Below are positions 45,548 through 54,100 of a stretch of DNA of 64,000 nucleotides, piece by piece. Position numbers and translations under genes: made by a program. The notes beneath the pieces were generated by a model. That model saw only the letters and a program-made list of their open reading frames with translations. It ran no database searches and was not told the origin of the DNA. The DNA is from an uncultured virus (IMG/VR IMGVR_UViG_3300048836_000452) (lineage: Duplodnaviria; Heunggongvirae; Uroviricota; Caudoviricetes), in the IMG/VR virus record IMGVR_UViG_3300048836_000452, one strand, 5' to 3'. Position 1 is the first letter of the stretch; every line of letters starts with the position of its first letter.

Positions 45548-45951
45548 TGCTGGACGCGGGATCAGGCATGGATGTGGCGGAGGCGATCCTCGCGATCCTC
45601 GGCTCGCAGCCTGCCTATGCCGCTCTCCTGCCGGACGACTGGAATGGCCGGGTCATGCGCCCGGCCATTGCCGCAGGCAAGGCTCGGCTGATCTGTGATG
45701 GCACGGCCTTCGTGATCTGGTGCCGCCCCCTGTCTCCGCCGCATGTGGCGGTGAGTGCGGGCGCGTTCTTCGAGGATGGCCCGCTGACCTGGGTGATCGA
45801 CATTGTGGGGATGCCTGGCGTTCCTGCGATCCGCATAGGGCGCGAGGTCTATCGCGTCATGACGTCTGATGCTGGCATGAAGAAGGGGCAGCGCGCCCTG
45901 TTCTTCCGGACCAGGAACGAGCGCATCGGGTATTGCACGGCGCGCGCCTGA
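45547..45951 (+). CDS. Acyltransferase-like protein (HlyC/GNAT-like)
   Basis: RPAIAAG...FVIW...GPLTWVIDIV pattern; position before ejection proteins. Confidence 0.45.
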   Translation: MLDAGSGMDVAEAILAILGSQPAYAALLPDDWNGRVMRPAIAAGKARLICDGTAFVIWCRPLSPPHVAVSAGAFFEDGPLTWVIDIVGMPGVPAIRIGREVYRVMTSDAGMKKGQRALFFRTRNERIGYCTARA

Positions 45952-45967
45952 GCGATGGAGACGACAG

Positions 45968-47059
45968 ATGGGCAGCCCCAAGACGCAGACCACCACGCAG
46001 AAGACTGACCCGTATTCCGGCCTGCCGGACTGGGCGATGGACTACTACAAGGATGACGCGGCCACCGGCAGCGCGCTCTTGGACAGTTCCTCCAAGGTTG
46101 CCGAGTGGCTGTCGAAGAACCCCCAGCAGATTGCCAACATGTCGAACAGCGAGACGGCGGCCGTCGAGCGCATGTTGCGCGAGGGGCAGCAGAGCCAATC
46201 GCTCCTGGATCAGGCGCGCAAGTCGATCGGTGGCGATCAGTACATGTCAGAGTACACCGATGACGTGGTTGACACGACGCTGGCCGGGATGGACCGCAAC
46301 TATGCCCGGGATATGGCTGCGCGCGGGGCTTCCGAGGCTGCGATCGGCGGGATTGGCGGGACGCGGGCCGCAGTTGCAGACGCGCTTGGGGGTCAGCTGC
46401 ACGGCATGGACCGTGCCCAGATGGAGGCCAAGCTCAGGGATGATGCATTCCGCTTCGGGTCGGAGATGGGGCTCAACGAGGCAGCAGCGCTGGAAAGCCT
46501 GGCGGGCTCGGGCCTCGATGCGGCAAGCAAGACATCGCAGTTCCAGAGCACCTATGGCGCGATGAACAGGGACATCAACCAAAAGCGGCTCGACGCGCAG
46601 CGCGAGGCCCCGCGGGATGCGCTCAGCTGGTATGCGGACATGTTCAACTCCTCGCGTCAGCTACCCTCGACCGGTGGCGGGACGGCTACCGGCCAGCAGC
46701 CGGGCAAGAGCGTGGCGTCGCAGGTTCTTGGTGCGGCTTCGACGGCGGCCGGGATCTGGGCGGCCTTCTCGGACGAGCGCGTCAAGGAGGACATCGAGGT
46801 CGAGCACGACGCACTCGACAAGCTGCGTGACCTTGAGGCCTACCGCTACCGCTACAAGGAGGGCTACGGCCACACGCGCGACGAGACGACCGGCCTGATG
46901 GCGCAGGACCTCGAGCGTGCGGGCATCGTCGGTGCTGTCCGTGAGACGGAGGATGGGGTGAAGGTGGTCGAGCCCTACGCGGTTCTGGCCACGGTCGTCG
47001 CTGCGGTGAAGGAACTCGATGACCGGACGAGGAGCAACGCAGGCCTGGAGGCGGCCTGA
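45968..47059 (+). CDS. Ejection (internal virion) protein with C-terminal S74 chaperone/autocleavage domain
   Basis: MGSPKTQTTTQ start; FSDERVKEDI...YRYRYK...GLMAQDLE. Confidence 0.75.
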   Translation: MGSPKTQTTTQKTDPYSGLPDWAMDYYKDDAATGSALLDSSSKVAEWLSKNPQQIANMSNSETAAVERMLREGQQSQSLLDQARKSIGGDQYMSEYTDDVVDTTLAGMDRNYARDMAARGASEAAIGGIGGTRAAVADALGGQLHGMDRAQMEAKLRDDAFRFGSEMGLNEAAALESLAGSGLDAASKTSQFQSTYGAMNRDINQKRLDAQREAPRDALSWYADMFNSSRQLPSTGGGTATGQQPGKSVASQVLGAASTAAGIWAAFSDERVKEDIEVEHDALDKLRDLEAYRYRYKEGYGHTRDETTGLMAQDLERAGIVGAVRETEDGVKVVEPYAVLATVVAAVKELDDRTRSNAGLEAA

Positions 47060-47610
47060 TGGAGCCCTACGACATCTGGCAGCATGCGGTGGATGGGGCC
47101 ACGAGGTCGGACGCGCGCAACCTCGACCCTCGGTTCGTCGCGATGCTGCAGCAGTTCTATGGCGCAGCCCCCGAGGAGCTTCGCAACGACCTGATGATCA
47201 TGTCGGCCTACCGCTCGCCCGAGCGGCAGCGCGAGTTGTGGGAGGCGTCGGACAAGAGCGGGAAGATGGTTGCTCCGCCGGGCCGGTCCTACCACAACAA
47301 GGGGCTGGCGATCGACTTCCGCTATGGCAGCGATGCGGCCCGCCAGTGGGCGCACGAGAACGCTGACGACTACGGCATGGTCTACCCCATGTCCTATGAG
47401 AACTGGCACATCGAGCCGTCCTGGGCGCGCTCTGGTGGTGGGCCGGCGATGGATGGCGCGGCGGCTGGGCTTGACTACCCGCCGCGGACCGGTGCTGGAT
47501 TGTCCATGGGCGCTCCTGTAGCGGAAGAAGGACTGAACGAGCCGACGGTTGAGGATCGCATGGATCGTGCGTCACGGCTGTTCGAGATTGCAGCAACGCT
47601 ACTGGCGTAG
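47059..47610 (+). CDS. Virion-associated M15 (VanY-like) peptidoglycan peptidase
   Basis: SAYRSPERQ..LW...APPGRSYHNKGLAIDF...ENWHIE. Confidence 0.8.
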   Translation: MEPYDIWQHAVDGATRSDARNLDPRFVAMLQQFYGAAPEELRNDLMIMSAYRSPERQRELWEASDKSGKMVAPPGRSYHNKGLAIDFRYGSDAARQWAHENADDYGMVYPMSYENWHIEPSWARSGGGPAMDGAAAGLDYPPRTGAGLSMGAPVAEEGLNEPTVEDRMDRASRLFEIAATLLA

Positions 47611-47620
47611 GGAGACGGAC

Positions 47621-48121
47621 ATGGCTGGAATGGCAGGCTTGGGTTTCGGTGCGCGACCGCCGACCACAACGCAGTCGAGGCAGTTGGCGGAGCTCTATGC
47701 GGCGCAAAAGGGCACGGGTCAGCCCATGCTGCGCTTCCAGAACCCGGCGAATGCGCCGCCCGGCAAGATGCCGATGCCCACGAGCAATGCGGGGACATGG
47801 GCGAACACCGGCACTGTGGTCAAGCCGGCGATGGCGGCGGCTTCGCCGCCGCAGGCCTCGGCGGGGCTGGTGGACGACCCTGGCCTTGTCTCCAGTCTGA
47901 GGCCGCAACCCAACCCGCAGGCCGGGATTGGCGAGGCTGAGAAGCCCGCATCGAGCATGTCGCCGATGATGGGGCTGATGCAGATGTTCATGAACCAGAT
48001 GATGGGGATCAAGACGCCCAAGAAACCCATCGAGCAGCCGCAGGCTCCGGTTCAGGAGGCTGCGCCGAACAAGTTCGACCGTGCATCGCGCCTTTTCGGG
48101 ATTGGTGCAGAGCTGCTGTAA
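47621..48121 (+). CDS. Pro/Met/Ala-rich internal virion protein
   Basis: GGAG RBS; C-terminal DRASRLF shared with the preceding gene. Confidence 0.55.
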   Translation: MAGMAGLGFGARPPTTTQSRQLAELYAAQKGTGQPMLRFQNPANAPPGKMPMPTSNAGTWANTGTVVKPAMAAASPPQASAGLVDDPGLVSSLRPQPNPQAGIGEAEKPASSMSPMMGLMQMFMNQMMGIKTPKKPIEQPQAPVQEAAPNKFDRASRLFGIGAELL

Positions 48122-48133
48122 GAGGGGGTCGGC

Positions 48134-51100
48134 ATGGCTTCGGTGAACGAAAAGATTGACCAGTTCCTTGACTGGGCGCTGAAGGAAAAGGGCGCTGTCG
48201 ACATCGAGCCTCCCCTCGACGGCGACGTAATTCCGTTTGTTTCCCGGCGGGCATCCATGTCGCCTGAGGAGCTTCGTGACCTGAATGACAAGAGGGTCAT
48301 GGACCGTCTCTTCGAGAACTTCCAGAAGCTGAACGCTGCGGCTCCCGTCATGGACCCTGGGCCGCGTGTCGAAGCCCCGTCGGATGCTGGACTTGGTGAC
48401 GCGCAGGTCAATGCTCCGGATGCACCTACCCGTGCGCCAGGCCCGCCTCTGGCGCGGCCATCTGGTGGTGCTGGGCTCAACGAAGGCCCGCTGCCTTATA
48501 CCGGCGGGCCGGTCAACCTGCGTGAGGGGCCGGTTAACTCCAACATGTGGCGTGAGGGCTATCGGGCCAGAGATATTCTTCTTCCCCCGCTGACGATCAA
48601 TCGTGCCTTCAGGAACGCCACTGGCGCTCCCTTGCGCGAGGAATTCTCGAACTTGGGCCGCTTCGCCTACTACACGGGTTGGGCAGGGCACCCTCGCTAT
48701 GAGATGGCGGTCCGTGGCAAGAAGCTGCTCGATGATGCGATCGCGGCGCAGGAGGACCAGGGCCTCATCACTAACCGGATCAACAAGGAGTTCGAGCCAA
48801 AGCTGAAGGAGGCGCGCAAGGCCCTGGCTGACGCCTCCAAGGGGAGGAGCCAGTCACAAATCACGACGGCCACCAACAACCTGAATGCGCTTCTCGCGCA
48901 GAAGGATGACGCCATTGCGGCGGTGACGGCCAATGACCCGGATGCGCTCCGTGCGGAGATCGACAAGCAGATCGGGGCTGATTGGACCAAGACCAAGAAC
49001 AAGATCAAGAAGGGGGCCAAGCTCGGCGCTGCTGGCTTGGCCGCCGTCGGTGGAACGGTAGCCACGACTTTGGCCGCCAAGGCGATCATGGATGCCAATG
49101 CTGGCGGTGAAGACGGGGACTTGGTTGTCAGGTTCGCCCGGGGTCAGCCTATGACCGATGACGAGATTGCCGAAGTCGAGGACATGTTCCCGCCTGAGGA
49201 ATTCGAGGCCCTGCAGATTACCCGGAACAAGGGGTTGGGCATTGATTACCCGCAGGCCAAGGAGCCGCTGTTCTTTCAGGGCGGCGCAGGCATGACGGAC
49301 GGTGGTGGCTCACCCGCCACTCCTGCAGCCTCGCCGGTCTCTACGGTCGAGGACTGGAACGACATCACCCAGAGATATGTCAGTGGTGGTGATCTTACGC
49401 CCGAGGAAGTGGCGGCGATGCAGCAGTTCCTGTCGCCTGAGACCATGGCCGAACTGGATGGATACAGGGCCGCCGTTCAGCCAGCGCCCGCATCATCTCC
49501 GGGGCCAAGTGCTCCCTCGTATAAGCGACCTGAGGTTGTCGAGCCTGAGGCGACGATGACGGCTGAGGAAGTTCTGGCCCTGATGGAGACAGACCCGGCC
49601 GCAGCGGCCGCCTATGTTCAGGAAAACCAGAACCAGCGCGACCTGGACGCGATCCGCAATTATGTCGATGCCGGCATCCAGAACTTTGCTGGGGCGCTCG
49701 ACCTTCCGGAGAGCATCCAGGGCGGCCTTCGTAATGCTGCAGAGGGTGCTCGCACCGGTCAGGTGGGGGACGTTGTTCCTGACAATGTGGTTACGGACGT
49801 GTGGGATGGATATTCTGACCTTTGGTCCGAGTATGTGATGAACCCCTATGAGAGTTGGAAGCGCGGCGGCGATCCGAATGACCCGTCCTTCTTGCGGCGG
49901 CCTGCGGCCGCTGCGGCCAAGGCGCTGCTTCCGGAAGATGCTTACCGCGCCTACGAGGATTACGGGATCGGTGAGTTCCTCGACCCGATGAACTACGCTG
50001 ACATGATCCTCGGCACCAAGTCCGACGAGCTTGGTCAGGGGGTTTACAACCTGGCTCGCGAGGGCCTGACTGCGATGGAGGCAGAAGGCACGACACCCGA
50101 GAGCTTTGTCGAGCCTTATCGCAAGATCCTTGGTGACCTTGGTGGTCAACCGCTGGGCTACCCGGGGGAGCAAGGGTCTGTCTTCGAGCCAGGCCCTCTC
50201 CCGGCATTCGGCGGTGCCCGGCCTGAACTTGCCCCTGGCGGCATGCCTCCGGCTCCCGCACTTCCCCCTGATGCACTATCCGGCTTTGTCCGCCCGGAGC
50301 TCACCGCGGCTGGCATGCCTGCTGCTGCTGCTGGTCCTGCGCCGATCGTGGAGCCTCAAGCCCCAGGCATGCCGATGGGGCCGGACGCAGAGCCGCAACC
50401 TCCGTCTGGTGGTGGCATCAGTGGGTTCTTCGGTGATCTGTTTGGTTCTGGCGACGACCAGCAAGCCAAGGACGAGAGCATTGACGGCATCATCGACGGG
50501 GCTGAGGTTCTAAACCCAAGGGGACAGATTGATGCGTCTCCGCGCCCCCTCCCCCGTCCGGCCGGGCTGAATGAGGACGTGGCTCCGGCTATCGACGTGA
50601 CCGTTCCAACTGTCAGTGCGCCGGCTGTGGCGACACCCACAACTCCCGCCGGTCGTCCTGCCCCGGGGGCAGTGGGGGACCTCAACACTTCGCGTGAGCG
50701 CGGGGTGGCCGGGCTGGCTGAAGATGCGGAGGCGGCTGAGGAGGAGTTGAACTGGATCAACCGCATGATGCGGGACAAGCTCGGTCTGACTGACGCCTCT
50801 GAGCGCGCCAAGGCGGCTGAGGCGCTGGTTTCTTTTGGATCGACCGTCCTGGCCTCAAAGGGCGACACTTGGCAGTCGATTGGGGAGGGTCTTCAGGCTG
50901 GCCTAGGGAGCGTTCTCGCTGCGAACGACGAGGAAGCTGCTTCTATCGCGGCCCAGCAGGAGGCTATGGAGGAGGACGCTCGTTGGCGGGCGGATTACGC
51001 CCTCAGGGAATTGAACGCTCGCCGTGGCGGAGGGGCTGCGGGTGGTATGCCAGCAGACGTCCAGAAACTCGAATACCTCACTGGCATCTTCTACGAGCAG

Positions 51101-51196
51101 CTGATGGCCTCCGGGGGGATGACTGCTGAGCAGGCTGCGGTTGAGGCGCAGAGGATGGCGACTGACAGGATCTTCGAGGCGGAGGCCGCATACTGA
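48134..51196 (+). CDS. Large internal virion (ejection) protein
   Basis: 1020 aa, low-complexity/acidic, in ejection-gene position. Confidence 0.65.
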   Translation: MASVNEKIDQFLDWALKEKGAVDIEPPLDGDVIPFVSRRASMSPEELRDLNDKRVMDRLFENFQKLNAAAPVMDPGPRVEAPSDAGLGDAQVNAPDAPTRAPGPPLARPSGGAGLNEGPLPYTGGPVNLREGPVNSNMWREGYRARDILLPPLTINRAFRNATGAPLREEFSNLGRFAYYTGWAGHPRYEMAVRGKKLLDDAIAAQEDQGLITNRINKEFEPKLKEARKALADASKGRSQSQITTATNNLNALLAQKDDAIAAVTANDPDALRAEIDKQIGADWTKTKNKIKKGAKLGAAGLAAVGGTVATTLAAKAIMDANAGGEDGDLVVRFARGQPMTDDEIAEVEDMFPPEEFEALQITRNKGLGIDYPQAKEPLFFQGGAGMTDGGGSPATPAASPVSTVEDWNDITQRYVSGGDLTPEEVAAMQQFLSPETMAELDGYRAAVQPAPASSPGPSAPSYKRPEVVEPEATMTAEEVLALMETDPAAAAAYVQENQNQRDLDAIRNYVDAGIQNFAGALDLPESIQGGLRNAAEGARTGQVGDVVPDNVVTDVWDGYSDLWSEYVMNPYESWKRGGDPNDPSFLRRPAAAAAKALLPEDAYRAYEDYGIGEFLDPMNYADMILGTKSDELGQGVYNLAREGLTAMEAEGTTPESFVEPYRKILGDLGGQPLGYPGEQGSVFEPGPLPAFGGARPELAPGGMPPAPALPPDALSGFVRPELTAAGMPAAAAGPAPIVEPQAPGMPMGPDAEPQPPSGGGISGFFGDLFGSGDDQQAKDESIDGIIDGAEVLNPRGQIDASPRPLPRPAGLNEDVAPAIDVTVPTVSAPAVATPTTPAGRPAPGAVGDLNTSRERGVAGLAEDAEAAEEELNWINRMMRDKLGLTDASERAKAAEALVSFGSTVLASKGDTWQSIGEGLQAGLGSVLAANDEEAASIAAQQEAMEEDARWRADYALRELNARRGGGAAGGMPADVQKLEYLTGIFYEQLMASGGMTAEQAAVEAQRMATDRIFEAEAAY

Positions 51197-54100
51197 TGGA
51201 CCAGGCAGGTCTGGGATACCCGGCTGCGCCGGCAGGTGTCGGGCTCAATGAGGCTCCTGCGGTCACGATGGGTGATCGCAACCGAGCTTTTGTCGAGAAC
51301 CGCAAGATGGGCATGTCTGTGGTGGATGCGGCTCGCGCTGCAGGCATGGCCGTCGCCCCTCCCCCTCCCCCGGTCGCGGCTTCGCCTGCGCCCGTCGACG
51401 ACCCCTCGATGCTGGACCTTGTTCCGGGGGCTATTCGCAGCACGGCAGCAAACACCCTCAAGGGTCTGGCGGAGATCGGCACCCGCCTGACGGGTGATGA
51501 CGAGATTGCCGATCAGGGTGCGGAATGGGCGGAGGCCATCGGTCCGACGGAGAGCCAGATCGCACTGTCCAACGAGATGCGCGAGGATCGTCAGGCGACT
51601 TATGAGGAAGACCAGAACGGCGTGAAGCGCCTTGCTGGTGATGTCGGCCAGGCACTTACCGAAAGCGCGCCTCAACTCGGCCTTTCCATCGGCTCAGGTC
51701 TTGCGGCAAGGCAGGGGTATCGAACTTCGATCAAGGCAATCTCCAAGCTCCTTCCTGGACGTCTGGGGAGGGTGGCTGAGGCCGTCTCCGAAAGCGCCTT
51801 CGGCAAGAACGCGTTTACCACGGCCGGCGCGGCCGCCCCGAACCTCGCGCTATCCTATGAGGACGGGATCCAGAAGGCGCTTGATCAGGGCCTTGATCCG
51901 TCCGACCCGGAGGTGCGGGACCGCATTGACCAGTCCTCTGTCGCGCGCACCGTGTTCGAGACATTTACCCCGTTTGCCATTCTCAGGAAGATTGGCACGC
52001 AGGCCCATGTTGCCCGCACTGTGAAGGGTGCCTTGGCGCGTGAGGTGCCGAAGACCGGCCTCATCGAGGGGTCGAGTGAAGTGGTCGATATGGCTATCCA
52101 GGAGGTCATGCTTGACGAGGAGTTGCGCTCAAAGCTGAGCGATGAGGACAAGACGGCGCTGCTGCCCTATGCCGCCGATCGCTACGGATATGATGCTGCC
52201 GTTGCCGCCCTGTCGGGCGCTGCTGCCGGTGGCGCGTTTGACGCGCCAGGTGTCAGCATGCAGCAGAGCCTGACCAACCGGCGCTTGGCTGAAGACGCTC
52301 GCAAGGCGGCGACCGTGCTTGAGCCGATGGGCATGAGCGCCGCTGATCTTGAGGATCTGACGAAGACCCCCGAAGGGACAAAGAAGCTTCGTGAGGCTGT
52401 TGAGCAGCTGGGGTCTGTCGAGGCTGCGCGCGCCCGCCACTTCCGCAAGATTGACGAGATGGGGGCTGAGGAAGATACCGTCGCAGAGCTGAAGGCGCAG
52501 GTGAACCGGCAGCTCGATGAGCGTGTCGACAAGATTGCCAAGGCGGTCGGCGCACCGAAGTCACTCGAGGATGTGCGCCGTGAGCGCACCTCGTGGGAGA
52601 AGGAGCGCCAGCGCACCGCGGCGGACCGGCTGGTCCGGCGAGGGCTGAAGCCGAAGAAGGACTTGCCCCCTGAAGTCGGTGAGGAGGTCGCCAACGCCCT
52701 TGACCAAGCCGAGGGGGAGGTCGACCGGTTGCAGACCCGGCTGGATGCGACAGCTAACGCTGAACGCCGGGCCGGCACCCAGGCCGAGCTGGACGCGGCG
52801 CTATCTACGCGGCGGCAGGCTCGGATTGACGCTCGCATGAAGGTCGAGGGGCTGACCAGCGCCCAGGCTGTCAGGGCTGTGGAGCAGGAAGGCAAGCAGA
52901 CCGAGGCGGAGAGACGCCTTGAGGCGCAGCGCGGAGCGCGGGAGCGCGCCATTGAGCGTCAGACCGAGATTGAGTTCCCGGAGACCATGGCGCCCGCGCT
53001 GCGCGCGCAGCGCGCACAGGAGGTTATCGCTGAGGCCGAGGCTGATGTTCGCCCCGACGCCGGTCTCGACGGGAAGATCAAGCGCCTCGAGCGCCAGAGA
53101 CGGGCCGCGACATCTCCTGAGGATGTTGATAGGCTCACAGACGAGATCGCCGATCTTGAGGCGCGGCGCGGTCTGCCCACACCTGCGGTGGAAGCAGCGC
53201 GTCGCGTTCTGCAGGCTCAGGGTGTAGCGGTCCCGCAGAGGGGTGAGGCGTCAGGGCCCACCGCTCAACCCGCTGAAGCTGAGGGTTTGCAGCCTGAGGC
53301 GGAGGCATCAGGGCCGGTGGGCGCGGCAGCGCCTGCCGGTCCGCGCAATACCGAGGTCGATGGAGACCTGGTTACCAACCTCAAGCGGGGTGGTGATAAC
53401 GCGCCCCCACTGTCGGACACGACCCGCCCGGCTCGGGCCCGGCGTCTCTACAAGCGCCTGGTTGATCGCGGCGTGCCGGCAGATGATGCGGCCAAGCAGG
53501 CGGCGGAGCTGACTGCACCCGTGCCGGAGCCGTCGCCACAGCCGGACGGGAAGGGCTTCCTTGGTCGCTTGCTGTCGCCGCTCCCCACCCCCGCGCAGCA
53601 GGGCATCGTCCTCGATGCCCTTGAGCGGGCACGAAGCTATGTCCGCCCCAATGGAACCCTCTTCGAGGCTTATGCCTACGAGGATCTGGCTGGGCGCTTC
53701 CGCGCAGCCAGGACGGTCGATGAAGTCTACGACATGATGGGCGACATCTCGGACGCCAGGTATGCCGAGGTGTCGGTGGTCATGACCCCCGATGGCCAGA
53801 TCGTGACGGCAGGGACGAACAACAACCCGAACTCTGTCATTGTCATGGTGCCGAATGACGCCTTCGAGCGGGGGCTGATCGACATTCACACCCACCCTGT
53901 CCCGTCTGCCTTCTCGATGCAGGACCTCTACTCGACCATGGGGAGCGGCCTGACCTCGCGGCTCGTTCTGACGGATGGTCAGGTTCTCGAAATTCGCCCT
54001 TTGGTCGCTGACGGTGAGCATCTGAACGAGGCCAAGGAAATGCTTCGCGAGGTCTCTCGCGCCATCATCGACGCAAGCCCGTCGCGTGGACCGACGGGTT

